IMG/VR virus record: IMGVR_UViG_3300049781_000022
Location: 1 to 27,293 of that record
DNA: 27,293 nt
Origin: a virus
Taxonomy: Duplodnaviria; Caudoviricetes
Reading direction: 5' to 3' (one strand)
In this document: piece by piece, positions 16,601-24,979 of the stretch
How positions within the stretch are numbered: position 1 is the stretch's first letter
Layout: every line of letters starts with the position of its first letter
Notes under the pieces: generated by a model
What the model saw: only the letters and a program-made list of their open reading frames with translations
Database searches by the model: none
What the model was told of the DNA's origin: nothing
Made by a program: the position numbers and the translations under genes

Positions 16601-18835
16601 GACCAGGCCGGATCCGAGGCTGCGGCCTCCGGCGACGGCGGCCGCGCCGATGCCGCGGAGGGTATTGGCGAACCCGGTCCCGGCGGTGGTGGCGTTCCGG
16701 AACGCGGCGCCCATCGCGCCAATGGTGGTGGAGCGGGCTTGGAGGACGGCCATCGCGGCGCCGTAGCGGGACAGGGACTGTCCTGCCGTAGCGGCGAGGG
16801 ACCGCTGCACGGCCATCTGCTGGCCGAGGGACTGGAAGGCGCCGGTGACCGATCCCCGGACGGTGGTGGCGATACCGGTGAGGGCGGGCTGCACTCGGCG
16901 GAACAGCATCATCGCGAATACTGCGGTCTGGATCGGGCCGGGGAGGGCGCCGAACGCGGAGACCAGGCCGCCGACCAGGTGCCCGATGGGGCTGAGCACG
17001 GTGGACACCGCGCCGAGGGCTGCCGCGGCAGCGTCCAGCACCATCACCAGGATGTCTAGGGTGCCCGAGGCGCCGGACGACCCGGAGGTGACATCGCCGA
17101 GCGCGGATACGACCGGCTCGGCACCGTCTGCGAGGTTCCCCAACACTTGGGCGGCGAGCTTTCCCGCGGTGATGAGCAAGTGCAGGCCGGACGCCAGTGC
17201 GTCGCCACCGAAGTCCTTGAAGCCTCCGGCCATGTCCTTCACGGCGTCGGTGATGCCGCTGAACTCGCGGCGCGCGGCGGCGGCGATATCGGGGCCGAAG
17301 AGGGTGGCGGCGGCATTGAAGTAGTCGAAGAACTTCGTAATCTTCGGGGTGGCCTTCGACATGGCCGAGGTGACGCCACGGGTCAGGAATTCGAGGCCGG
17401 GTGCCATCCCGTCGTAGATGGCCAGCCCGGTCTGCTTCGACTGGGTTTTGAGCTGCACCATGGCACCGGCGAGGCCCTTGCCCTTGGCGGCAGCGATCTC
17501 AGCGGCGGCCCCGGTCTGGCCGACCGCCTGCATCAGCGCGTCGAAGGAGTCGACGCCCTGGTGGGCGAGGGCGATTGCGCCGGACATGGCGGGCTTGCCC
17601 ATACTCTTCTTCACCGCGGCGGCGAAGTCCTGCTGGCTCATCTTGTGCTGCGCCTTGGACAGGCCGTCGATGACGTAGCGCAGGCCCTTGAACTGGCCGG
17701 AGGCGTCCCACGCCTCGATGCCCATCGACTTCAGACCCTCGATCATCTGAGGGGTGGGGGCGGCGAGGTTGGCCATCATGCCGCGCAGCGTCGTACCGGC
17801 GGTCTGGCCGAGGATGCCCGCTTTACCGAGCATGCCGACCGCGGCCGCAGCTTCCTCCATGGACACGCCGAGGCCGTGGGCGACGGGCCCGGCGTATTTC
17901 ATGGCGTAGTAGATGTCCATGATGTCGCCGGACGCGGCGTTGGCGGTGGAGGCGAGAATGTCGGAGGCCCGCCCGGCCTGATCAGCGCCCATGCCGAACT
18001 GGTCCATCATGTCGCCCAAATATTTGGCGGAGTCGGCAGCGGAGACCTGGGCGGCCGACGCCAGTGTGAGGGACGCCCGGGTCGCGGAGATCGCCTGGTC
18101 CGTGCGGAATCCAGCCTTCGCCAGCTCGACCATCGCCTCGGCCGCCTCGGTCGCCGAAGCGTTCGGCAGGGAGAGGTCGTTACCGAGCTGAGCCGCGGTG
18201 GCGGCGGCGCGCTGCATCTGGAGCTTCGTCGCCCCGGTCACCGCGCCGAACGCGTTCATCGCCTGCTGGTACTCGTTGCCGTTCTCGACCAGCTGGCCCA
18301 TGCCGAGGACGAGGCCGCCGCCGGACAGCAGGGCTGCCATGCGGGCCAGCTCGCGGCGGGCCCGGCCGGAGTCGTCGGCGATGTGCCGCAGCCCGCGGGT
18401 GTCCCCGACGCGGTTCATCTGGGTGGAGGCGGTGCGGGCGGCGGATGCGAGGCGGGTGAGGTCGCGGATGGCGGCGTTGATCTGCGCGTTCATGCTGCGC
18501 AGGTGGTTCCCGGCCTGGCGGGAGTTGGTGCCGAGGCTGTTCAGGTGCCGGTTCGCGGTGCGGGCGGCGTCCCCGTACCGGCCTAGCTGACGGGCGCTGG
18601 TGCGGGCGTTGTCGCCGAGCTGGTTGAGGTGCCGGGCGGCCTGCCGTGCCTCCCGGCCCAGCGTCCGGATGCCGTTGGCGGCGGTGCGGGAGGCCGCGCC
18701 GAGTTCGCGTACCTCCCGCTTCGCGGACTTCGCGGCGTGGTCGAGGGCGCGGGCGTGCTGGGCCGACTCGCGCAGCATGCGGGCGAGGCTGTTTCCCCGG
18801 GCCGTGAGGTCCACGGACAGGTTCCAGTTGGCCAC
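13607..18835 (-). CDS. Tail tape measure protein (TP901-type core)
   Basis: 1742 aa, Ala-rich helical; SATEAAEAMVELAKAG, MKYAGPVAHGLGVSMEE, AGTTLRGMM core; follows the chaperones. Confidence 0.96.
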   Translation of the reverse strand: MANWNLSVDLTARGNSLARMLRESAQHARALDHAAKSAKREVRELGAASRTAANGIRTLGREARQAARHLNQLGDNARTSARQLGRYGDAARTANRHLNSLGTNSRQAGNHLRSMNAQINAAIRDLTRLASAARTASTQMNRVGDTRGLRHIADDSGRARRELARMAALLSGGGLVLGMGQLVENGNEYQQAMNAFGAVTGATKLQMQRAAATAAQLGNDLSLPNASATEAAEAMVELAKAGFRTDQAISATRASLTLASAAQVSAADSAKYLGDMMDQFGMGADQAGRASDILASTANAASGDIMDIYYAMKYAGPVAHGLGVSMEEAAAAVGMLGKAGILGQTAGTTLRGMMANLAAPTPQMIEGLKSMGIEAWDASGQFKGLRYVIDGLSKAQHKMSQQDFAAAVKKSMGKPAMSGAIALAHQGVDSFDALMQAVGQTGAAAEIAAAKGKGLAGAMVQLKTQSKQTGLAIYDGMAPGLEFLTRGVTSAMSKATPKITKFFDYFNAAATLFGPDIAAAARREFSGITDAVKDMAGGFKDFGGDALASGLHLLITAGKLAAQVLGNLADGAEPVVSALGDVTSGSSGASGTLDILVMVLDAAAAALGAVSTVLSPIGHLVGGLVSAFGALPGPIQTAVFAMMLFRRVQPALTGIATTVRGSVTGAFQSLGQQMAVQRSLAATAGQSLSRYGAAMAVLQARSTTIGAMGAAFRNATTAGTGFANTLRGIGAAAVAGGRSLGSGLVGALGGPWGVAITAATLGLGLYANQQQKAAQAAAEHKAQVDALTGAFQQSNGQLNQQVRQLAAQQIQQAKYNTTLGGNKQSLIGLLNKEGYSLREVTDAYLGHGKSIDSISKKMAGLAVEAGKAGDIKAQTKYLNASAALKQLGADASTARGKAKDLNDAIAGNTGASAYDRLKAAVGELADKTADADSRTRALRQSLDLLSGGSVSLQAAQARVNEAITQANDAMREGIDKSQGYGKALIQSNGALNTTTKNGQALFSTLNNLTDASGTAAIAAYDFADSQGKDLPTKLAAARGEMQKSRDAAVSLAQNYGLTKSQAEGAADSLGLIPGQVSILLQAKGLDSTLAELLAVQAQFEQVPDRKTIKVDALGEDAKKKLEDLGLKIKMIPGTRQYKITAETAGAKKALADYVAQQSKVKGKNVKISAETRGAIRDLETLQSKVKNSKGKTITMRVPTAEGRRQLEALGYKIKSTRGKTVTISVPTGTPTSQASAIRAAINAISGKTVSINVVATGVGAARAAISALGGFGGFANGGVVDYYAGGGIQRGRTKRFAGGSENHVAQIAPAGSWRVWGEPETGGEGYVPFAPAKRPRSRAITEEIVRRLGGDPSAIQWNADGNVTDWRYDPNTGSLYSSSDAGQAGHKTKKVKVKGKNGKYTTKEVDYFSLAAVEKKLMSTAKAARAWNRDLETVSDRVGSDVAEALAGMGADGVALTKKMAHGSKKYIELMAKQLRDLAKTAKASLTDYTRQLEKANSSNTKFQADLAKLASMGYGDLAAQLAAQGDQAAVDIASSAVKDKKKAKKANDAAKKANTQLTSEQVAEMVQIIAAITSSKVGIHQVADKTGLGEDEIITVAGKAKSQISKALGSRASQFLGDLAKAQKGQAYADGGIRAGMYATRGGIVRFAEPQTHGEAYIPFAPNKRQAATNVLGDVAHRFGLGITPAGDGGRVVIIREQGPLVGTQTWHVTSGGSASETARRIDADNSYQLRRLARGGVGAR

Positions 18836-18865
18836 CGCACGCCCTCCTCTCGTTGTCTGGTCCTG

Positions 18866-19257
18866 CTACGCCGCGTCGCGTGCCGTTTGGCGGGCCTGCT
18901 CCTTCTGGAACATCAGCGCCGCGTGGATCGCCGGGGGGATGAGCAGCACCTTCATCCCGGCCCCGGCCTTGCCGTCGGGGATCTCCGCCTGCTTGCGGGC
19001 GATCTCCGCGCAGCCGAAGCACCTGTGCGTGGAGGCGACGTACGCCTCGACGAAGTCGCCGTTGTCGTCGACCCAGTCCGATTCGCGGGTGCCGCACTGG
19101 CCGCACGCGGTCCGCTGGTAGTCGCGGTAGGCGAGGGCCTTCGCGCGGTCGCGCGCGGTCCAGGTGCCGTCACCGATGCCGCGGAACTGGGAGTGCGGGA
19201 TGCGGAAGCGTTCGCACAGCTCGAGTTCGGCGCGGAGGCGGGCATCGGCGGTCAGCC
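18866..19257 (-). CDS. Tail assembly chaperone, -1 frameshift extension (gpT-like)
   Basis: The -1 frame relative to the upstream chaperone reads RLTADARLRAELELC...WTARDRAKALAY...CGQCGT...HRCFGC. Confidence 0.8.
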
Positions 19258-19797
19258 TTTTCCCAGGTCCATGCGGGATTCGTGCTGCACGTCCCACGCG
19301 GCCTGGAAGAGGGAGTTGGCTTCGGCGTCGGACCAGGTCTCCAGGAACCCGGTGGCGTCCTCCACCGTGATGCCGTCGGCAGAGGAGGCGGCGACCAAGG
19401 CGGGGCCGAGGGTGTGGGGGTTGAACTCGAACCCGTCCTCGGCCTGCTCCTCCGTCGGCGGATGGGCCTTCTTCAGGTCATCCAGCGCGGTGCGCTCCAG
19501 AGCCTGGAAGGTCAGGACGATGGACACAGCGTCCACACGTTCCTGGGCCTTCTTCACCTCGGCGGCCGCGGCCCGTACCGCCTTCTTCGACTCGGCGCTG
19601 GCAGGGTCTCTCTCGGCTTCTTGGTTGATGCGCCGTTCGGCGTACTGGGCTGTCGCCAGCGCCGCCTTGGCTTCGTGGTCGTCGCAGATGGTCAGCTTCA
19701 GCGTGGGCCGGGCGCGGTTCCGCAGCCGCTCCAGCTTGCTGGCCCAGTGCGAGTCCTTAGCGACCGCGTCCGCAGGGGGCTCGATGGTGGTGGTCAT
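19252..19797 (-). CDS. Tail assembly chaperone (gpG-like)
   Basis: Lies between tail tube and tape measure; GGAGG RBS; ends DLGKG* on the slippery site. Confidence 0.88.
   Translation of the reverse strand: MTTTIEPPADAVAKDSHWASKLERLRNRARPTLKLTICDDHEAKAALATAQYAERRINQEAERDPASAESKKAVRAAAAEVKKAQERVDAVSIVLTFQALERTALDDLKKAHPPTEEQAEDGFEFNPHTLGPALVAASSADGITVEDATGFLETWSDAEANSLFQAAWDVQHESRMDLGKG
19258..19264 (-). other. Programmed -1 frameshift slippery site G GGA AAA
   Basis: CTG GGA AAA GGC TGA at the end of the chaperone ORF; the -1 frame is open to 18866. Confidence 0.85.
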
Positions 19798-19816
19798 GGT
19801 GGTGGTCCTCCGTCAG

Positions 19817-19857
19817 GGGAAGGGGACCCGGCCGGGCGCCGCGTGGCGCCCCTTCCC
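19817..19857 (-). terminator. Branched hairpin after the tail tube gene (terminator/attenuator)
   Basis: GGGAAGGGG/CCCCTTCCC 9-bp stem enclosing two small GC hairpins. Confidence 0.5.
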
Positions 19858-19900
19858 GAACGCGTCGGGCCCGACCGGGAGCTGGGGAGAAGAGGGCGGG

Positions 19901-20698
19901 TCAGCCGCCGGGCGTGGTGGTGGTGACCGTGACGGCGGGGCTGGTGCCGCCGGTCAGACCCGCGGCGGACGCGGTCATCTGCGGCACGTCGGCGCCGTCG
20001 TACTGGCCGCCGAACGTCACGGTGATCGGCGTGCCGGGGTGCGGGCCGCCCGCGCAGACGACATCGCCCGACTCGACGTTCGACAGCGCCTCCAGCGCGG
20101 ACTGCACAGCCGCCGCGGTCGCGTTGTACGCGATCCCCGACGTGGTCTGCCCGGAGAACGTGAGCGTGTACGTACCGCCGGTGGGAGAGCCGGTGACGGT
20201 GACGGTCTGCACCTCGTCGGTTCCGGCGACCGGGACCGGCGCGCCCTGGAGCGGGCGGGAGGTGATGACGAAGTTCACCATGAACTTCGCGGCCTCGTTG
20301 TCGGCGGTGTACTGCGGCGACTGGGACGCGACACGCACCGGGAAGACGTCCATCGACTGGGACGCGGGTACGTCGCCCTTGCGGAGAATCACGACGTACC
20401 CGGTGGTGCCCTTGGCCAGGGCCGTCTCGATGGTGTTGGTGTCCTCGTCTTCGTAGAAAGTGATCGAGGAGTCGTCCGCCGCGTCCGACCCGGGGATCTT
20501 CGAGTCGAACGTGTCCGCCATGTCGGGCGTCTCGATGGTGTTGTTCGTCTGGGACCAGCCGTCGACCTCGGCGATAGCCGGTGTCAGGTTGGTCCCGCCG
20601 CTGAGTTCGCTGCGGGTGGGGATCATCGAGGACGCGGCGATGGTGGGAACGAACCTGAAGATTGTCGTTCCGCGCCGCATGTACTTCTTGACGGCCAT
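19901..20698 (-). CDS. Major tail tube protein with C-terminal accessory domain
   Basis: PTRSELSGGTNLT...IETPDMADTFDSKIPG...GYVVILRKG...MDVFPVRV typical of actinophage tail tube proteins; C-terminal EVQTVTVTG domain. Confidence 0.9.
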   Translation of the reverse strand: MAVKKYMRRGTTIFRFVPTIAASSMIPTRSELSGGTNLTPAIAEVDGWSQTNNTIETPDMADTFDSKIPGSDAADDSSITFYEDEDTNTIETALAKGTTGYVVILRKGDVPASQSMDVFPVRVASQSPQYTADNEAAKFMVNFVITSRPLQGAPVPVAGTDEVQTVTVTGSPTGGTYTLTFSGQTTSGIAYNATAAAVQSALEALSNVESGDVVCAGGPHPGTPITVTFGGQYDGADVPQMTASAAGLTGGTSPAVTVTTTTPGG

Positions 20699-20834
20699 GG
20701 GTTGGGCCCCTTGTTCCCGGGGCCTGCCCGGTACGCGGACCCGGCCCCTACACGTGGTGTGCGGTCGTCTCGGCCACAGAGGTGGCTCGTCCGCGAAGGG
20801 GCCGCCGCGGTGCGGTAAGTGCCCGACCCGGGGG

Positions 20835-21281
20835 TCAGGCGACGGTCAGGTCAAGCCTGAACCGAAGCACGTAGCTGATGATCCCATCTGCCGGGTCGGA
20901 CGTTGCCCCCGGTTCGGTCTCCAGCTCCCTGCACATGACCGCCGCCCCGGCCACGGTGAGGGGGTGGAGCCACTGGCCGGTACCCGGGGCGCGGCCGAGG
21001 ACCGCGGTGCGGGCCTTGTCGGCGAGCCCTTCGGCCTGCTCGAGCGTGCCCGTGGTCCCGGGCTGGCCGGAGAGGGGGCCGGAGACGGCGGTCACCTGGT
21101 AGACGAGGCTCATGTCCTCGTTGACGTCCGCGTACGGGGCGCCGGAGGTGGAGGTGTCGACGGGGGTGAGGACGTAGTACGGCGGGCTGCCGGTGGGCAT
21201 CACGGAGCGGCCCACCGGCAGCGAAGTGGCCGTGCCAAGCAGTGTCGCGAGAGCATTGGTCACGAGCCGCTTCTCGATCAC
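20835..21281 (-). CDS. Tail terminator / tail completion protein
   Basis: GTG 21281 overlaps the upstream stop; PPYYVL, YQVTAVS, QAEGLADKARTAVL; immediately before the tail tube. Confidence 0.75.
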   Translation of the reverse strand: MIEKRLVTNALATLLGTATSLPVGRSVMPTGSPPYYVLTPVDTSTSGAPYADVNEDMSLVYQVTAVSGPLSGQPGTTGTLEQAEGLADKARTAVLGRAPGTGQWLHPLTVAGAAVMCRELETEPGATSDPADGIISYVLRFRLDLTVA

Positions 21282-21664
21282 CGCAGGATCTCCTCGACGG
21301 CGGACCGCATGCCCATGCGCAGCGCAGCGGTGATGGTGGACAGGGACGGCTGGACGTGGGGGAAGGGCGGCTGGTTGTACACCCGGCCCAGGCTGTCCGC
21401 GCCGACGAAGCCGAACTCGAGGCGGCGGCCCTGCGGCCGGTCGGTGCCGATCGTGCACTGCGCCCCGTACGGCAGGCGCCGCGTCTCGACCTGCCACGAG
21501 TTGCGGTAGTCGCCCGTGATGACGTTCGGCCCGGGACGCCCGGAGGCGTGGCCGCGGATCTGCGCGCGGCCCAGCTCGCCGACGTGCTCCATGTGCCGGT
21601 GAATCGCCGGGCCGACCCGGTGCGCGGCGGCCTCGAGCCTGTCTGCCAGCTCCTCGGGGGTCAC
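21278..21664 (-). CDS. HK97 gp10-like neck protein
   Basis: GTG 21664; ASGRPGPNVITGDYRNSW, RRLEFGF, QPPFPHVQPS. Confidence 0.82.
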   Translation of the reverse strand: MTPEELADRLEAAAHRVGPAIHRHMEHVGELGRAQIRGHASGRPGPNVITGDYRNSWQVETRRLPYGAQCTIGTDRPQGRRLEFGFVGADSLGRVYNQPPFPHVQPSLSTITAALRMGMRSAVEEILR

Positions 21665-22110
21665 GCGGCCTCCCGCGGTGCCTGGTTCTGGTCCAGCGGA
21701 GTGATGCGCACGACCTCCACGGTCGCGGCCCGGGACGGGTCCTGAACGGTCCACGTCCGGCCGATCAGCGCGGCGTTGGCCGGGTTGTGAACGGCGACGA
21801 CGGACACGGTCGCATCCTTCGGGGCGAGCGGCGCGGTGAGCGGCGTCAGCATCCGGTACCTGCTCTTGGTCTCCCCCACCCACATCTGGAGGGCGTCCGG
21901 GGTGGCGCTGATCTCGGACTGGGCGGTGCCGCCCTGCACCGCGCCGGGCCCCTCGTACAGCACATCGCCCTCGGGGTATTCGTTCTGCCCCGTGGTCGGG
22001 TTGTAGACCGGGCTCCCGGCGGCGGGGGCGGTGATGCGGACGGTGTCGACCAGCAGGTTGCCGCTGATCCAGGTGACGACCCCGGCGAGGGCCGCGTCGA
22101 GGCCGGACAT
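21661..22110 (-). CDS. Head closure / head-tail stopper (DUF6093-like)
   Basis: LVDTVRIT...YNPTTG...VLYEGPGAVQ pattern; position in the neck module. Confidence 0.75.
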   Translation of the reverse strand: MSGLDAALAGVVTWISGNLLVDTVRITAPAAGSPVYNPTTGQNEYPEGDVLYEGPGAVQGGTAQSEISATPDALQMWVGETKSRYRMLTPLTAPLAPKDATVSVVAVHNPANAALIGRTWTVQDPSRAATVEVVRITPLDQNQAPREAA

Positions 22111-22493
22111 CAGGGCCTCCCCAGGGCCCAGTCGGCGAGCTGCGCGAGCATCGCCCGGGTCAGGTCGTATTTCACGTTCTCCAGGTCATCCCGGTTGAGC
22201 GCGGCGTTCTCCAGCGAGCTGGGCTCGATGGAGCGGAGGAACTGGGCGATGGCCTCGCCGGGCTCCTGCGGCGCCGCGACCGCGACGCGGGCCAGCCCGT
22301 CGAAAATGACACCAGCCGGGTGCCGCACGTGCATGACCAGCAGGGGCAGCGCGTTCGCGACGTCGTGCTCGAGGGTGTAGCCCAGCACGTGATTGCCGAC
22401 CTCGGCATCGTCGATGCTGATGTTCGCGTGGCCGGGCTGCGCGTCGATAACGACGTTGTGCGCGGAGGGCTTCGCAGGAGTGGCCATCGTCAT
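22110..22493 (-). CDS. Hypothetical phage protein
   Basis: 127-aa ORF overlapping both neighbours. Confidence 0.75.
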   Translation of the reverse strand: MTMATPAKPSAHNVVIDAQPGHANISIDDAEVGNHVLGYTLEHDVANALPLLVMHVRHPAGVIFDGLARVAVAAPQEPGEAIAQFLRSIEPSSLENAALNRDDLENVKYDLTRAMLAQLADWALGRP

Positions 22494-22762
22494 TCGTCAT
22501 CCTGTGCGATGTCGGCACGCATACGGGTGAGGGCGTAATCAAGAAGCCCCATCAGACGGTGGTACGGAACATCGCCGCCGCCATCTGCCACAAGGGTTCC
22601 TATCTGCGTGAGCCCGCCGCCCTCGGCGTCGTATCGCTGCAAGGAGGTGATGACGACCCACTCCGTCAGGACGCCTTTGAATCCCTCAAGTCGGCCGACC
22701 TCCTCTACGGCCGCGCGGAGGTTCCCGTAGGCGACCTTGAGTTCGGGGCTCTGCTCCGTCAC
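22490..22762 (-). CDS. Hypothetical phage protein
   Basis: 90-aa ORF, GTGA/ATGA coupling, GAGGA RBS. Confidence 0.75.
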   Translation of the reverse strand: MTEQSPELKVAYGNLRAAVEEVGRLEGFKGVLTEWVVITSLQRYDAEGGGLTQIGTLVADGGGDVPYHRLMGLLDYALTRMRADIAQDDE

Positions 22763-22986
22763 GTCCTCTTCCTCCTTCGGCCACGGCCGATCTTCTTCAG
22801 GCTCGGATAGCGCTTCGTCACCGCAGCCCGAACCTGCTTCTGCTGTGCTTTCGATCCGAACTGGCTGACCCGGGCGAGCGCGTTGCGGGCCCTCGCCTTG
22901 GTATCCAGCGGATACTTCCGCTGTGACTTGATCGCGAAAGACGACTTGGGGAGCTTGCTGCGCTTCTTGCTCGTCAGCCTGGCCAC
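22759..22986 (-). CDS. Small highly basic protein (DUF6582-like)
   Basis: GTG 22986 with GGAGG RBS; LTSKKRSKLPKSSFAIKSQRKYPLDTKARARNALARVSQFG. Confidence 0.75.
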   Translation of the reverse strand: MARLTSKKRSKLPKSSFAIKSQRKYPLDTKARARNALARVSQFGSKAQQKQVRAAVTKRYPSLKKIGRGRRRKRT

Positions 22987-22999
22987 GACTGATCGCCTC

Positions 23000-23425
23000 C
23001 TACGCGAGTTCTCCAGCGGTGTCGGCGTTCTTGCGCTGGCTCTCACGCCAGGCTTTTCGGTGCTCCTCCTCGGCTGCCAGCAGGTCGGGCAGCCTCGGGT
23101 CTGGCTCCAGCTCGACGGTCTGCTGCACGCAGCGTCGGAACTGAACGGCCTCGTTGGTGTGAATAGCGTGCTCCTTGGAGCCTTCTGCGTTCACGTAGTA
23201 CTGGGTGAACCAGATGCGTCCCGGGCTCCGGCCGAACGGTCCGTCGGCGTACTCGATGGTGATCGCTTTCCTGCTGACCGTCTTGGGGTCTACATCGTTG
23301 GCCCGGAGCCATGCGCAGATGCGTTCCCGCTGCTCATCGCTGGTGGCCTGCCCGTCTTCGACCACCGTCACGATGCGGGTCTCCCGTGGGCGAGGCACGG
23401 TGTGGGGCGGGGCAGATTCGGTCAT
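23000..23425 (-). CDS. Hypothetical phage protein
   Basis: ATGA overlap at 23422-23425 with AGGAG RBS; 141 aa. Confidence 0.7.
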   Translation of the reverse strand: MTESAPPHTVPRPRETRIVTVVEDGQATSDEQRERICAWLRANDVDPKTVSRKAITIEYADGPFGRSPGRIWFTQYYVNAEGSKEHAIHTNEAVQFRRCVQQTVELEPDPRLPDLLAAEEEHRKAWRESQRKNADTAGELA

Positions 23426-24264
23426 GCCGGATCTCCTGAGCTGATGTCGGTCCGGCCGGTGAGGTCGGGGCGTGGGTAGAACTCGCGGATACAGCCGTGG
23501 TGCGCACTCGGGTAGGTGGCGCACTCCTCGAGGGATCGGATGGTGCCGTCGGCGTGATCGGTGTCCGGGTGGTTCACCCATCCGCATTCCGGCCCGTCTC
23601 GGACCTCCATCCACTCGGCGCCGAGTTCGAAACGGGCGGTGTTGATGGCGCCGTGGTTGGCGGTGACGACGCCCTGCCAGGACAGTGCGGAGCGGGCCCA
23701 GGAGTGGACGGGGTGCCGGGCCTGGTCGGCGTAGATGACGGTGTCGAGCGGGTGCTCGGCGGCGAGCGTGGCCACGTCGATACCGGAGGTGGCCCGGACG
23801 GCGTCCTGGGCGGCGCGGGCGAATGCCTGGGCGCGGCGGACGGCCTCGGTGATGCGGCGGATCAGGTCGGCCCAGAACGGGGCGGTGAGCGCGGTTATGG
23901 CGGCCTGATGGTCAGCTGTCCAGGTGAACAGCGCGGCGTCCTGCTCGGCCGCGCGCAGGGCCCGGGCGGCGCCGTCGCGGTAGGCGATCGGCAGGTCCTG
24001 GGCGGCCCATCGTTCGGCGAGGCCGCGCGCGGTCCGGTCGTACTCGGCGACCGCAGTACTGAACTCGGCCAGGGCCTCGCGGATGCGGCGGGTCCGGCCG
24101 ACCGCGCGGCCGCCCTCGATGCGCTCCAGGCCCTGGAGGAGGGTGGTCTGGCTGGTGTGGAGGATCGCCCACGTGCGGGTGAGCTGGGCGGTCGCGGCGG
24201 CGATGAGGGCGGTGAGTTCCTGCCGGTCGTCCTCGGTGCGCGGGTTGCGGACGGGGGTGGTCAT
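23422..24264 (-). CDS. Minor capsid / MuF-like head morphogenesis protein
   Basis: Start MTTPVRNP (ATGA overlap); helical N-terminus; C-terminal WMEVRDGPECG...ADGTIRS...YPSAHHGCIREFYP resembles the MuF HPNCR motif. Confidence 0.78.
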   Translation of the reverse strand: MTTPVRNPRTEDDRQELTALIAAATAQLTRTWAILHTSQTTLLQGLERIEGGRAVGRTRRIREALAEFSTAVAEYDRTARGLAERWAAQDLPIAYRDGAARALRAAEQDAALFTWTADHQAAITALTAPFWADLIRRITEAVRRAQAFARAAQDAVRATSGIDVATLAAEHPLDTVIYADQARHPVHSWARSALSWQGVVTANHGAINTARFELGAEWMEVRDGPECGWVNHPDTDHADGTIRSLEECATYPSAHHGCIREFYPRPDLTGRTDISSGDPA

Positions 24265-24596
24265 CGGCGGGGCCTCTCCCGCAGCTGGATGACGTCGAAG
24301 CCGGAGTCGCTGCTGTCGTCGCCGATGGGGTCGTCGGGCGCCGGGGGCTGGCCGCTCTCGAGGAGGGCGATCTGACGCTCGAGGGCCTTGATGTTCTCGG
24401 TGTAGGTGACGGACACGACGCTGGAGACGTTGACCGAGGCGGGCTGGCCCATGACGAGGGCGGCCTTGCGCTCGTACAGCACCTCCAGGGCGACGGCGCG
24501 GGCGGTGCCGAGGCGGGTGTAGCGCTGGTCGAGGTCGGCGAGGTCGGTGACGGTACCGAGCTGGGCTAGGAGCCATGCGCGGGTTGCTGCGTCCAC
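24261..24596 (-). CDS. Head-tail adaptor / head completion protein
   Basis: GTG 24596 with GGAGG RBS; ~111 aa helical protein after the capsid genes (VALEVLYERKAAL...ENIKALERQI). Confidence 0.7.
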   Translation of the reverse strand: MDAATRAWLLAQLGTVTDLADLDQRYTRLGTARAVALEVLYERKAALVMGQPASVNVSSVVSVTYTENIKALERQIALLESGQPPAPDDPIGDDSSDSGFDVIQLRERPRR

Positions 24597-24634
24597 CAGG
24601 TCACCTCCGGGGTCGGGTTGGGAAGGGGGTAGCG

Positions 24635-24675
24635 GGTGCGGGCCCTCACCGCGCCCCAGCCGAGGGGCCCGCACC
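24635..24675 (-). terminator. Hairpin after the capsid gene cluster
   Basis: GGTGCGGGCCC/GGGCCCGCACC perfect 11-bp stem just after the stop at 24684. Confidence 0.75.
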
Positions 24676-24683
24676 GCGCTGCG

Positions 24684-24974
24684 TCAGCTGCTGCCCTCGT
24701 CAGCTGACTTCCGGCCCCGGGCCGGTCGGGTGGCCGCCGTCTTCTTCGCGGCGGCCGGCTTGGCGTCGTCGCTCTTCGGCGACTCGTCCGTCGTGCCGTC
24801 GTTCTCCGGCCCGTCGCCCTGCTCGGAAGCGGCGGGCAGCTTGCCGCCTTCCCACGCGTCCGGGTTGGTGACCAGCGCGGCCAGGCGCGGCTCGGGCTCC
24901 TCCCCGGCCGCCAGCATGACGTCGCGGTGCCGCTCGGGGTCCCGGACGAACACCGTCTTCGCGAGGATGGCCAT
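24684..24974 (-). CDS. Small capsid-associated protein with low-complexity tail
   Basis: ATG 24974 with GAGGA RBS; MAILAKTVFVRD...LVTNPDAW followed by an acidic then basic tail; typical gene after the MCP. Confidence 0.75.
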   Translation of the reverse strand: MAILAKTVFVRDPERHRDVMLAAGEEPEPRLAALVTNPDAWEGGKLPAASEQGDGPENDGTTDESPKSDDAKPAAAKKTAATRPARGRKSADEGSS

Positions 24975-24979
24975 GGCGA

